DNA of 64,000 bases from Lama glama (GCA_028534125.1 CM052816.1:84694001-84758000); one strand, 5' to 3'. Shown: positions 37,692 to 51,204, numbered from the stretch's first letter. Numbers and translations are program-made. The notes: generated by a model not told the origin, from the letters alone.

Positions 37692-38755
37692 CAAGAGGTT
37701 TTCTTAGTTTTGTTTTCTAATTAATTTTGAAAAATCTGAGCAAGTATTCTGGTTTCCAATGTTTATATGTTCAATAAAGAAGCTTTATATATCTTACAGT
37801 AATACAAGGGATTACTGTAATGATCTATCATTATAACTCACTTTACAATCCTGAGTTTACCGAATCTGCGTCATTTCACATTTGCTCCAGTGCTAATCAC
37901 CCAGCAATGTTGCAGAATTTGAAGTGGGTTTATTATCATCTGGTTGTTAAGATGATGAGATAAGGGACGTACTCACAATAGAACACCTCAAACTCATGAA
38001 TTTCATTATGGGAGTAGTTTTGCACACAGTTATATTAGTGTGTGTGTGCATGTGTGTCTGTGTGTAAGAGAAAAAGAAGGGAGAGACGGAGAATGTAACA
38101 AAGCGTAAAATCACATGTGGATGTGTTTTAATGTGGATTTTTCTGATCATTTTGTTTAATGGAATATTTGTATTCGGAAACATCTAAACTATAAAAATGG
38201 AATATCTGTTGTAGAATATACAGTTAATTTCATAAATACAAAGGAATTCAATGCTTAACATACAAATCTTAGAAGCTCACCTTGCTTCATGTTTTCAAAA
38301 GTGAGATATGAATTATCTCATCATATTGCCTGCAACTATCCTATTTTCTCCGCTCATTTTGTGACTCCTGTATCTCTTACACACTGCTCTCTAATTTCCA
38401 AACTTCTGTCTATAATTCAGTGCAAGTTTTCTCTTCTGCTAAATTTTACAATTCATGAAGCATCTGTTCAGGTGTGCTTAAACTAATGCTGAGTTTTAGT
38501 TTAACTTTATTTAGTGACTTTTTTTCTTTATTTCTAAAATCAGCATTGAATTATTTATTTGTATTTTTCTAGTTCTTTTATCACATTTTATATATTTAAA
38601 AAATTTATTAGCTGTATCCATCATACATATTTATATTCCTAGTCTATAATCTGATTTTTCTCCAAGTTTTGGGTCAAATATTTAAAAGACTAATAATTAT
38701 TTATCAAATTTGTATCATTTTAGGTGACAAATCATAGTGATAACTTAAAAACTTG

Positions 38756-41094
38756 ATTTTATTTTTACTGAAGTAAAATTGATCTACAATATTAGTTTCA
38801 AGTGTTCCACATATTTATTCAATATTTTTAATACATATGAGACGATCACCATGATAAGTGTTGCTATCATCTGTCACCAAAGTTATTACAGTGTTATTGA
38901 CTATATTCCCTAGGCTGTACAACACATCCCTGAGGCTTATGTACTTTATTATAATAAGTTTGTACCTTTTAAACTCCCTCACTATTTTATCTATTCCCCT
39001 AGCCCCTTTTCCTCTGTCAACCACCAGATTGCTCTCTGTATCTATGAGTCTGTTTCAGATTTCACATACAAGTAAAATCATATGGTATTCATCTTTATCT
39101 GTCTGACTTATTTCACTTAGCATAATTCCCTCTAGGTTCATCAATGGTATTAAAAATGGCAAGATTTCATGCTTTTTTATGGCTAAGTCAAAGTCCATTG
39201 TATAAATCATCTTTTTTATCCTCTTATCTATCAATGGACACTTAAGTTGCTTCCATATCTTGGCTATTGTAAACAATGTTGCAGTGAACATAGGGGTGCA
39301 TTTATCTTTTCAAATTAGTGTTTTTGTGTTCTTTGAATAAATACCCAGAAGTGAAATTGCAGGATCATAACAGAGTTTTATTTTTCAGAAACCTCCATAT
39401 TGTTTTCCATAGTAGTTATGCCAATTTATATTCCCACTAACAGTATACAAGGGTTCCCTTTTATCATATTTTTACCAACATTTGTTATTTGTATTCTTTT
39501 TAATGATAGCCTTTCCGACAGGTATAAGGTGATATCTCATTGTGATTCTGATTTGCATTTCCCTGATGATTAGTTTTGCTGAGCATTTTTCACGTGCCTG
39601 TTGGCCATTGGTATGTCTTCTGTTCTGGTCCTCTGCCAAATTTTTAATTGGATTGTTTTTGTTTTGTTTTGTCTTTGATATTGATTTGTATGTGTTCTTA
39701 ATGTATTTTGGATATTAACTCCTTATCATACATATCATTTGCAAATATCTTCTCCCATTTAATAGGTTGCCTTTTCATTTGTTGCTGGATTCCTTCACTG
39801 TGCAAGAGCTCTTTAGTCTGAGCTAAAACTAAAGCAAAAAACAGTCCTTTTTGTTTAATTTTGCTTCTCTTTCCTTTACCTGAGGAAACAGATCCAGAAA
39901 AATATTGCTAATACTGATGTCAAAAAGCATAATGCCAATGTTTTCTTTTAGGAGCTTTATGGTTCAGTTCTTATATTTAAGTCTTTACCATTTTGAGTTT
40001 ATTTTGTTTATGATGTAAGAAAGTGGTCCAGTTTGATTCTTTTGAATGTAGCTGTTTAGTTCTGCAAACACTATTTATTGAAGAGGCTTTTTCCCCCATT
40101 GTACAGTCTTACCTTCTTTGTCATAGATTAATTGACCATAAGTGCACAGGTTTTTTTCTGGGCTATCTATTCTATTCCTTTGATCTATGTGGCTGTTTTT
40201 CTGTCAACCTAGTGCTGTTTGTTTACTCTAGCTTTGTAATACAGTTTGACATCAGGGAGTTTATCTCCATTTTCTTAAGGATTTTTCCTGGAGTTTATCT
40301 TATTCTTTCATTTGGAACATATTCCTCAGTCTCCTCATTTTGTTTGATTTTCTGTGTTTGTTTCTATGAATTAAGCAAAACTACTCTTTTGCTCCTGGTC
40401 TTGAAAGTATGGTCTTATGTATGTCCTTGGTATAGACTGCATGTGCTAGTTGGCTCTGGCAGGCTGGCTGGAGCTAGACCAGTAATGGCCCAGGAGTCCC
40501 TTAGCTCTTCCCCCAGCCCACCTTGGCTGAATGTCTGGAGCTGGTGCTGGCCAGGGGCCTAGAGTTTGCTGGGATAGTTTTGGCAAGGCTGACAGAGTGC
40601 CAAGACTTTTTGCCCCTGCCCACACTATCAGGGTGGAGTTGGGGAGGCAAAAAAAATGGTGCTTTCCAGTGCCTCCAATCCTGGAGTGAGTTTTAGCAGT
40701 TTCCTGTTCATTTGGCAGACACTCTAGGATTAATAAATGGATTACCTTCATGTGTGGTGTAGGTACCTTTTAAACCACTGTTTTTGTTGTTGCTGTTGTT
40801 TACTTGTTTGTTTTTGCTGTTCCTAATACAGGCAAGTCTGTTTGGGAGCCCCTCAGTGATATTACTTCCTACTGCAGGTCCTGTGGTAGGGTGGGGGGTG
40901 TTTCCCATTGATACCATGTCTCCATCTCTCCTAGCCATCTCTCTGTGCTTCCTGTATCATCTGTGGAGCAGCTGTTCAGTCAGCCCTCAGTTTTTCCTCA
41001 GGAGAAATTGCTTTATGTGTAGGTGTAGATTCCCTGTGTCCAGGGGAGGAAGTGAGTCCAAGCTCTTACACCACTATCTTGGACCCAGCCCTCC
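38756..41094 (-). mobile_element. L1 with 5'UTR and 3' end retained but a large internal deletion
   Basis: Sense strand begins ggagggctgggtccaagatagtgg (L1 5' start). ORF1 ATG at 40338-40336 (MRRLRNMFQMKE..). Junction near 40260 into ORF2 LPDVKLYYKA, then the ORF2 end, 3'UTR and A-rich tail. Confidence 0.85.
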
Positions 41095-41199
41095 AAAAAA
41101 TCTCTATTTCATGAGAGAATGTATTTGCTTATGTCTAGCAGTAAAGCTACAAGCAGCTCAGATTAATGCGGTGATAGAATGAAATGATTTGAGTCCTGT

Positions 41200-41570
41200 T
41201 GCTGGCTCTCTGTACACCCGCATAACTGCCTCTCAAAGCCAAAGGTGCCTTCTTTTCTGTAGGCCCTGAGCTTCAATTTTTGTCCGTCAGCTCTGAGAAA
41301 CTTATTTTTCCTAGCTTTCCTCCTCCATGTTTAGATTTGGTAATTTTGTCAGGGAGAATGTAGACACCAAATATTGGGCTCCCATTTCTAGTCTTCCCTT
41401 TTCTCCAGAATTGTAGCCTTTCAGGTCCTCGCTGCCTTTCAAACTTTCTGATGCTTTTAAGCACATTAAAAATAATATATATATGTATTTTTTCCCTCCA
41501 TATTTTCTAGGTTTTCAGGGGGAAGTTTGGTCTAATAAGCTGACCTACAATTATGTAAAACAGAATTTCT
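41200..41570 (-). mobile_element. Old L1 (L1M-type) 5' end fragment
   Basis: ttttctaggttttcagggggaagtttggtctaataagctgacctacaattatgtaaaacagaa resembles a reverse L1M 5' terminus. ~38350-38750 may belong to the same element. Confidence 0.5.
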
Positions 41571-42369
41571 TACAGTTTTAATCGTTTGATAGCTCCAATA
41601 TGAGTGTATATTACTTTGAAGCCTAGTGTTAACCCCCCAATTTTTTTTTAGTCTTTAAAATATATGAGTGCTAGACATAAAAAGTTACCAACTTTTATAT
41701 TTTTTGAGTTACATCTCAACCCTCTGTAGTGATGTTCAGTTAGATGTGTATTTCATAACAGTTCACTGTAAATCAGGTCATGCTGCAGTATAAACATTAA
41801 AGTATAATTCTTGGTAAAACTGACCATCATTATTTGTAAATGTTGGCATTTGATGGTACTGTAAGCTATGTGCATATGAAACTAGACATTACATAAAATT
41901 GAAAGAGGGGTAATAGTCTTGCAAATAAAGCCATAATATTTTTTGATGCACAACAGAATATTAACTCATATTAAATGAGTCATGACCAGTTCAAAAGAAT
42001 AGTGAAGGGAGTTTCACTCTTTAGAGTACCTGCCTATTGCCAAAGTGAAAATTGAACATTCACTGGTATAAAAACCTGTATCACTTAAAAAAAAGAACAC
42101 CCACACACGAATACAGATATTTTATGTAGCCACTGAACTAGCTAGAATAGACAATTGCTCCAGTGTAATATAAATGGAACTAAATATATACATAAATAAA
42201 ATATCTCCCTTGCTGGATCATTTGAAGGTCTGCAATTATCCTTCTTAAGGATTCTCTTATTTTAAGTCTGTTGAGGTATTTTGCTCTCTGAAAGGGGCAA
42301 ACCTTTGCAAGCTAATGTTGTTGGAGGAGTACTTACCTAATCAACAATGTAGTTACTCATTTTTATATA

Positions 42370-42700
42370 GTAATAAAAATAATAGTTTCTCCCATTTGTC
42401 AGACACTTGCTTTGTGCCAGGGGCAATATATACTGTGCCAGAGAACATACACACACACTCACTATAGATAATTGTGTGTATATGTTCAATTTTCTCTGAG
42501 ATATAATCTTCCAGGTTTGCACTTTTTAGTTTTATATCTATATAATTCTCCCAGAAAAAAAAATAGTAACTCTGCATAGAAATCTTAAAACTGTAGTTAC
42601 TGTTTTCCACATTTCACAAAGAAAAGGCAAGAGGCTTAAAATGTTAAGCAACATATATTTTAACATAGCTAAGAAATGGTAGACCTTGAATCCACACTGA
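42370..42700 (-). mobile_element. MIR fragments
   Basis: cacttgctttgtgccaggg...catttcacaaagaaaaggcaagaggcttaaaatgttaagcaac. Confidence 0.55.
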
Positions 42701-44799
42701 GGTTTAATAGGTGTTGTAGCCTACGGCAGTGTGTTTCAGACAAAGCCAATCCACTAGCAGCTATCAGAAGAGAGAACTTCAGATAGAATTACCTATATGT
42801 TGTGTGAAGTTTTTCATCTATTTTCATGTCAGCATAATCTAAAAATATACAGTTATTCTAGATTATGTATGTTACAACCTTCTTTCAATTTCTGACATAA
42901 TCTTGTAACCAATTGTGGAGGTATTTCTCTTTATTTACAATTGAGTTGCACTACGTAGTAATTACTTGAGTTAATGGGAAAAGAAAACCAGAATAGTCTT
43001 AATCAATAAATTATGATAAGTATGAAGGGAAATATTAGAAATTGGAAATGTGTGAGTTGTTGTCTGACATAGTCTATAAAGATGTGCCAAACTCAATCAA
43101 CCCATCTGTATAAATCAACAATGTATTAATATTAAGAGAAGCAATTAATTTCAGAAATTTTCAGAAATTATTTCTGTATATTAAATTGATATTAATTGGA
43201 ATTCTACTAGTTTGCATTATCTTTGTAGTTAAATGTCTTAAAAAATTTGTAGGAACTATAAGCATAAGTAGATTATACTTAGTTTTAAATTTACTATATT
43301 TGATATCACTGAAATGAAAATAATTTAAGCTAACTGCAGGGCCAATGAGAATTATTTTCTTTTAAAATGAATCTATATATTACTCTTGTTTTATAAACAC
43401 TGGCATGGAAATATTTAAGTGTTGATAAAGTAGGAGCAATATGAGTATAAGGCACTCAGGTGGGGAATCAGTTAAGTGAGAAAGCAGAGTTCTCATGCAC
43501 TTATCATAAGATAATTTAGGATCCACTGGAAAGGTTGGGAAACATAGTGCATAAATTAACCACCTTCTTTATTTTTTATTTATCTGATCCGAGCAAGAGA
43601 CTAAACTCTGTAATGTGATAATAAGGCAGAGTGAAGCCAAATTTCTATTTATCTTTAAAGTTGTTTTAAACAACATTATCTGTTATAGAAACACATGCTG
43701 AAAACTTAGATCACTTTCTTACAAAAGCAGTGATAAATTTAACCTATAAGTATAAATTAATCTGAAATTAATATTAATACATATTCATAAAAATAAAAAA
43801 CAGATATCAGAACTAAATAAAAATAAATATACTTGCCCACATAATACGTTCATTTTTCAGTGCAGCACAAATTACCATAAATTTAAAGTACTGAATTCTA
43901 AAGAAGTACCAAACACATCACTTTGAAAGTCATTTTGCAGTTATAGTACATAGAAATAAAATCTTAGTATTTGAAATATACTTTTTAACCCTCTTTTTAA
44001 CTGCCATCTAAGTGGCAACCCTTTCATCATTTTATGGAGGCATTCAACTTAAAACATAAAATTCACATGTTATTGATCAAGACGAGTAAAACTAGCTTTT
44101 ATTTATTGTATTTGAGAAACGAATATTAAACTATTTCTGTCAGTCTAATGAAAAAGTTTATTTCTTTTTAAGCATCATTCAAACAAGAATTTTCTTTCAT
44201 AGCGATTTGTACTTCAAAAGATCAGAAAACTTTTTAAGTCCCAACCTATGAATAAAGAATTCTCCTGTTGAGGTCATTGTGAGATTGACTTGCATGAAAA
44301 CTGCCTGCTTATCTGCTGGCAGATGGGCTGAAGCTGGGGAAGGTGGATCAGAAAGTCTTTTGCTAATTGAGTGACATGCATTTTATTAACCTACCAAAGC
44401 TAGAATTAAGTATCTGGCTACATTTATGTTATATAAAATATCTAAACAATAGATATTCAATGCCATGGATAGTACCAATTTCCTGAAGTAACACAAGGTA
44501 ATGTACGATTTCCAAACAAGTAAAGAAAAAAATATTAGAAAAAAGCAATTCAACTAACCCAATAAAATTAGGGAAGAAAACAGTCAACAGTGTGGCATTC
44601 TTGGTAGGAGTGAGAGAGAGAGAGAGAGATTTATACATACCAGTAAATACAATCATCGTGAGCAAGCTAAACCAAACACTAAAAAGGGGCTCAAATTTAC
44701 TCTAAATATAAAAATTGAAATAGTAAATAAAAATTTCGTAAATACATTTTTCTAGTGTGCATATGGTAAACATCTAAAACGATATGGTCATATAAAACA

Positions 44800-44990
44800 C
44801 AATGTTTATAAGTGCTACTTTATATATATTAAACTTATTTAATCATATTTCCCTCTAAGGCAGGTGATATATGTTCCATACTTTAAAGATGAAGAAACTG
44901 ATATGCCAAGAAGTCATTTAGCTGAGTCACACTGCTAATGATCAGTAGAGCTAAAAATTATCTTCAGAATTCATGCTGTTAATGACTACG
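44800..44990 (-). mobile_element. MIR fragment
   Basis: ctttaaagatgaagaaactga...gtcacactgctaatgatcagtagagct. Confidence 0.6.
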
Positions 44991-45274
44991 CTAGAGACAA
45001 TTTTGACAAAAATAGGTGAAAATAGAAAATTAACTAACAAGAAAGAGATATAAGAAGAGATAACAGGAAGAAATATATTTAACAATAATAATAGTTTAAA
45101 TGTAACATAATGAAAACAGAAAAAGGGGTCATTTTATACTGCTGAACTATACAAAATAATTAATGTCATTATGTAAATGTTCAGCAAGATAAACTTGAGA
45201 GTACATAGAACAAAAATTTCTAATCCTATATAGTGGATTTCTTTAATAAAAATGTCTTAGAATTCATCTTACTT

Positions 45275-45739
45275 TGTGAAGGAAAAGCCGGGCTGGTCTA
45301 ACAAGGTAACTCACAAGTCTAGGAATGTGAAGGAGAGGTTGGGCTGGGCTAACAAGATAACTCACAAATCTAAGTATCGGAATACTGATCTGAGTTCTGC
45401 TAGACTAACTTGTAAATCTAGGTTAATTAGTGTTGGTTTGCTGTTCATGTTTTTTTGCTAGCCGGCTGGATTTTCAAAGATACATATCTGGCTTTGGAAT
45501 GTTGGTTTGCTGCCTCCCCATGTCCACTTTTGTGATGATAATGCTGCTAAAGCTGTTCCATGCCTATTGGCCTAGTACCCCAAGCTTGTACTTTACCCTA
45601 TAAAACCTCATGTGCACGTCTTGGAGGTGCTCAGAGCTTCGGAGCAGAAGCCCCTCTGAACCCACCGGCGTAATACATCTGAGTACTCCAACCCTCCGAG
45701 TGGTGCTTGTTTCTTGACTGGCCTGTTGTTTCCGTAACA
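45275..45739 (+). mobile_element. Solo ERV1-class LTR (465 bp) with a 51-bp 5' tandem duplication
   Basis: TG...CA termini; TSD ACTT (45271-45274, 45740-45743); TATAAAA near 45599; AATACA near 45672; several intact CpGs. Confidence 0.9.
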
Positions 45740-45914
45740 ACTTTAAAAATAAATACGTGATTTAAATAATGCAATTTATATGCTCAAACATATTATCTGT
45801 ATATATACTATAAAGCAGATCATATTCATTGTGTATAATTTTTCTGATACATTTGAAATTGATAACTAAAAGATAACCAATTGTTCCATTTCTTTGTAAA
45901 TTATTTATGATTCT

Positions 45915-46520
45915 TGTGATATACTGAATAATGACCTTGGATCCAAAGATACCCATGCCCTAATCCCCAGTACTGTGATTATGTTACCCAAAGGGATTTT
46001 CCAGATCTAATTAAGATTAGGTACTTTAAACAGGGAGATTATCTCGGTTTATCTGGGTAGGTCAATCTAATCCCATCAGCCCTTAAAAGCAGAGTACATT
46101 CTCCAGCTGAAGACAGAAGAGATTCAGTAGAAAGGGGTATCAGAGGGCTTCAAAGCAGGATAAGCACTCCACCCAACTTTGCTGGCTTTGAAGATGAAGG
46201 GGTAATGGCACAGGAACTCAGGCAACTTTAGGATGCTGAGAGAGGCTTCTGCTGACAACTGGCAAAAGACCCCCAAGAAATTCAGTTCTGCAACTACATG
46301 CAACTTAATCCAGCCTACAACCTTAATAAACTTGAATACAGATTCTTCCCAAGGAGATTCCATAAAAACTCAGGCTGCTGACACCTTGTTTCCAGCTTTG
46401 TAAAAATCTAAGTAAGGACTTATAATTCTGACTTACAGGATTTTAATAAAATAAATGTGCTCTATTTTTACCCAATTACATTTGCGGCACTGTCTTAGGG
46501 TAGCATTAGAAACTAATACA
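45915..46520 (+). mobile_element. Near-complete MaLR LTR, MLT1D/E-like
   Basis: tgtgatatactgaataatg...aactaataca; 5-bp flanks ATTCT and ATTAT. Confidence 0.85.
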
Positions 46521-46560
46521 ATTATTTCAAATTTTTTTAAATAAAAGGGTTAAATGAAGA

Positions 46561-47046
46561 TGTGAACGAAAAATACTGCAAACCATGTCAGTAAACAATG
46601 CTGAAGCCAACAAGTCATTAGCTGCTGCCGCCACCCTCCAGCCCCTCCTCAGGCAAGACAAGCCTGCAGCCCAGCCTCTGCAGCCACTCACAATGGTGCA
46701 CCCTGAGGGGACTCAGAATAAGAAAGGACAGGATACTGGCCCTAGATAGCTGGGTGCTTGTCAAAGGAGTGAATTCAATGAGCCCAAATGTTTGCTTCCT
46801 CCCATATATAGAAAAGCACTAAATTCTTTAACTAGAGATGCCTGGTTTTCTTTAGATAACAAGTAATCTTTTATTGTTCCAACTACGTGGTCTTTGTTGT
46901 AAAGCTCCTAGATATCCTAGCTCTTTCCCTATCTCTTTGGAGCAGTCCCTCAGAGCGATCTCAGAGGCTGTCATCCCAGCTCGAGTCCTCCCGCCAGCTA
47001 AAACACAACTCTCAACTTTTAGGCTGCTCATTTACTTCAGTCAACA
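46561..47046 (+). mobile_element. ERV1-class LTR
   Basis: Starts tgtgaacg and ends acaactctcaacttttaggctgctcatttacttcagtcaaca; contains ttggagcagtccctcagagcgatct. TSD not clear. Confidence 0.7.
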
Positions 47047-47097
47047 AACGCAAAGTAAAATACTCCATATCTTCAATTCCTATCCAAGCTTAATGCA

Positions 47098-50000
47098 TAT
47101 TTTTATTGAAATATAATTCATGTACCAAGCAATCATTTTCAAGGGTGCAATCTGGATTTTAGTATATTCACAAAGTTGTGCAACTACTGAATTGTCCCTG
47201 GTACAAATCCTTTCTGTCCCCCATTTCTTTTTTGTAGGAAATAGGCTTCATTTAGCCTCTTTGACCTTCCCTGAGTTTCAAAGGGCAGATTCAAACAGTT
47301 GCTAATCGGGGAAGGGAGAGGATGCAGAAACAAGGGAGGAACAGTCAAGAAACAATACTGCAGCCCTGGGGCAGGGTCCTGGTTCCTCCTCAGGGAATAT
47401 ACAACAGTATCTTTCTGCAGGAACTAAGGCTGCACCCCGGTGGAGAATGGCAATTTCAGGCTGAGCACAAGATTCCTGAACACAGCTCAGTTACCGCACC
47501 ACCAAGCAATCAGAAGAAATTCACACACCCTTCTGCCCTTGCTCCAAATGTTGCCTCTAAAAACTTTTCCCTGAAAACCATCAGAAAACTTGGTTTTCTT
47601 GAGCACTAGCCACGCATCCTCCTTGCTTGGACCTACAGTATACCTTTCTCTGCTCCAAACTCCAATATTTCAGTTTGTTTGGCCTCACTATGCACTGGGC
47701 ACATGAACTTTTATTCAGTAACACTATCACCCTATCTAATTCCAGGACATATTCATCACCTCAAAAGAAACCCAATACCAGTAGCAGGAACTCCCCATCT
47801 TGGTCCTCTCAGACCCTGGCAGCCAGTAGTGTACTTTCTGTCTCTATGGATTTTACTATTGAACACATTTCATATAAATGGATTCATAGAATATATAGCC
47901 ATTGTTTCTGGCTTCTTTTACTTAGTAGCATTATATTTTCAAGGTTCATCTATGTTGTGGGATGCATCAGGTAGAGAAATTGATGGGTCATATAGTAATT
48001 CTATGATAACATTTTGAGGAAGTGCCAAACCATAATTCAAAGTGCCTACATCATTTTATATTCCAACTAGCAATGTATGAGAATTACAATGTCTCCATAA
48101 CCTCTCCTTTTGATAGTTATACAAGGTGTGAAATGTATCTCAACATGGTTTTAATTTCCATTTCCCTAAGGAAAATAATGTTGAGCATATTTTCATGTAT
48201 TTATTGGCCATTAATATATCTTATTTGGATAAAAGTCTTAAAAATTATTTTGCCCATGTTTTGAGTGGGAGCCCTCTGACAAAGATGTTTCCCTACATAG
48301 AATCTTCCTTTTACAGATATTTCCCTAATATAGAATCTTCCCAGTAATAGAATTCTTGTATATCAAGGAGTTTTATCATGAAGGTGTCAGATGGGTTCAA
48401 ATAATTTTTCTAGGTCTATTGAAATAATCATAACATTTTTTACCCTTAAAACTATTAATCTGGTTGATCAAATTAATTAAACTCACCTTGCATCACCAGG
48501 ATAAGTCCCAGTTGATCATAGTGTTTATTTCTTTTATACTTTGATGGATTTAGTTTGTTAATATTTGTTGATCTTTTTTGTCTATATTAATGAGGAATAG
48601 TGCTCTGTAGTATTTTTTCTTATGATGACTTTTTCTCATTTTGGTGTTGGTGTTATACTGGCCTCAAATAATGAGTTGAGAAGTGTTCCTTCCTTTTCTA
48701 TTTTTATGGAAATGATGTGAAGGATTGGGGCTAATTCTTCTTTAAAGCTTTGTTAGAATTCACCAGTAAAGATCTCTGGTAGTTGCGTTTTCTTTCTGGG
48801 AATCTTTATGATTATAGGTCAATCTCTGTTAAAGTTATAGGTCTAGCAAAAGTTTCTGTTTTTCTTGAATCATTTGATAGTTTTGTCTTTTAAAGAGTCT
48901 TCATGTCACCTAGGCTGTCAAATTGATGTTGACATACAATTATTCATAGTCTTCTGCTATAATGATTTTTATTTCTGAGGGTTGGCTTTTACATCCCTCA
49001 TTGAGTCCTGAATTTGGTAACTTGTGTCCTCTCCCTTGTATCTTCATCTGTCTAGTTACTTCTTTGTAAATTTTGTTCTTTCAAAGAATCAATTTTTTGT
49101 TTCACTGACTTTTCTCTATTGTTTTTCCCATTTTCTGCTCTCTTTATTTCCGCGGTCATCTTTGTTATTTCCCTCCTTCAGCTTGCTGTGGGTTTACTTT
49201 TCTAATTTCTTAAGGTGGAAATTTGGGCTATTGTTTTGAGATCTTTCTTCTTTTTAAATACAGGCATTTACAGGTTTAAATTTTACCCTTAGCACTGCTG
49301 TAGCTGCATCCTATTAATTTTGATACATTTTCATTTATTTAAAAATATTTTCTAATTTTCCTTGTGATTTGCTCTGTGACTTATGAGGAAATTAAAGAAT
49401 GCAGTCTTAAATAATCTATATTTGTAAATTTTCTGAATTTTAAAAAAAATTTCTAATTGCATTCCATTGTGGTCAAGGAAGAACTTTGTAAAATTTTAAT
49501 ACTGTTAAATATATTGAGGCTTCATGTCCCAGTGTATTGTCTATCCTGGAGAATCCTTCAAATGCATTTAAGAATAATGTGTATTTTACCACTTTGGGGT
49601 GATGTTCTCTAGATATTTGTCAGGTCTAGTTGTTTTGTAATGTTGTTAAGTCTTCTGCTTTTATTTTTATTTTCTCCCTTGTCAGTCTATTTATTATTAA
49701 AGTAGGTATAAAGTATCCAATTATTATTGTTAAATTATCTATTTCTCTTATCCATTCCATCAGTTTTTGTTTCATGTTAGGTGCATATATATTTATAATA
49801 TGTCCATTTTGTCTCTAGTAAGAATTTTGTCTCAAAATCTGTTTTGTCTAATATTACTGTAGCTGTTTCAGTTCTCTTTGGATACTATTATCATGATATA
49901 ATTTTCTATTTTTTTCTGTACCTATCATGGTATATTTTTTCTATCCTCATCCTATTTTTGTATTCAAATTCAAATTAAAATCAGAATAAAACATTTGTCT

Positions 50001-50326
50001 CTTGTAGCCAATGTATAATTGGATAAATTTTAAATTTAAATTCATCTTGCAATATTGGTCATCTGTTTGGCATGTGCAATACACTTATTTTAATGTAATC
50101 ACTAATAAGGTAGGATTTATATCTGCAATTTTGTTACTTTTTTCTGTCTTACGTCTTTTCATTCTTCTTTTTCTCTATTACTGTCACCTTTTATGCTATT
50201 ATGTTTTTAGTGTGTTATACATATTTATATACTTACAAATAATAAATTGTTTTTAGATAACTTAGTGATTTTCCATGGGGATTACAATTAACATATTAAT
50301 TTTTAAAATTTTTGACAAATGCTGTC
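47098..50326 (-). mobile_element. Old L1 (L1MB/MC-like), 3' end through ORF2, with deletions and an LTR insertion
   Basis: 3' end tttattgaaatataattca...gttgtgcaac; ORF2 antisense motifs (ttatactggcctcaaataatgagttgagaagtgttcc, tagaattcaccagtaaag, attccattgtggtca). Confidence 0.8.
47188..47723 (+). mobile_element. ERV1-class LTR inserted in the L1 3' end
   Basis: Interrupts L1 gttgtgcaacta|ctatcaccctatctaattcc; ends ttcagtaaca; flanks ctac and ctat. Confidence 0.75.
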
Positions 50327-50826
50327 NNNNNNNNNNNNNNNNNNNNNNNNNNNNNNNNNNNNNNNNNNNNNNNNNNNNNNNNNNNNNNNNNNNNNNNNNN
50401 NNNNNNNNNNNNNNNNNNNNNNNNNNNNNNNNNNNNNNNNNNNNNNNNNNNNNNNNNNNNNNNNNNNNNNNNNNNNNNNNNNNNNNNNNNNNNNNNNNNN
50501 NNNNNNNNNNNNNNNNNNNNNNNNNNNNNNNNNNNNNNNNNNNNNNNNNNNNNNNNNNNNNNNNNNNNNNNNNNNNNNNNNNNNNNNNNNNNNNNNNNNN
50601 NNNNNNNNNNNNNNNNNNNNNNNNNNNNNNNNNNNNNNNNNNNNNNNNNNNNNNNNNNNNNNNNNNNNNNNNNNNNNNNNNNNNNNNNNNNNNNNNNNNN
50701 NNNNNNNNNNNNNNNNNNNNNNNNNNNNNNNNNNNNNNNNNNNNNNNNNNNNNNNNNNNNNNNNNNNNNNNNNNNNNNNNNNNNNNNNNNNNNNNNNNNN
50801 NNNNNNNNNNNNNNNNNNNNNNNNNN
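50327..50826. other. Assembly gap (exactly 500 N)
   Basis: A round-number N run, so a placeholder; the true size is unknown. Confidence 1.
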
Positions 50827-51178
50827 TTGATTACTGTATTGTTCCTCTAGGCTAAGATTTGTGTATTGGTAACTCAGGTAATTGTCGCTAAGATCACTAA
50901 CTTATGTAACTTGTGTATTGGTAACTCAGGTGATTGTTACTAAGATCACTAACTTGTGTGACCTGTATCTCTCTTTCCAGAAGCCCCTGTTCTTAATAAC
51001 TCAATGGCATCAAGATGTTTTTCCGACTCCAAACGCACCTGCTGTTTTTCTAACAAAGGGGTGGCGGGACAGAGATTGTCTTTGCTCAGTCAGCCTTAGA
51101 GCCTGACGCCCCGCACTCTGGGAGTTTAGGCCCAGTTTCTGTGCTCGGCAGCCCTCAGGTCATGAGTGGCCCCCCGCA
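50827..51178 (-). mobile_element. LTR-like fragment truncated by the gap, possibly ERV2-type
   Basis: Minus strand begins TGCGGGGGGCC; CpG-retaining; 52-bp tandem duplication at 50859-50962. Confidence 0.5.
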
Positions 51179-51204
51179 AAATGCCACCAGGGAAAATGGT
51201 GTAT

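Noticed and set aside
40023..41182. ORFs of 179 and 132 aa on the plus strand
   Set aside because: They are antisense read-through of the L1 element.
45275..45376. 51-bp and 52-bp (50859-50962) repeats as CRISPR-like arrays
   Set aside because: Each has two adjacent copies and no spacers, and lies inside an LTR in a mammalian genome.
50275..50855. Three long ORFs of 172-191 aa
   Set aside because: They are translations of the N gap.
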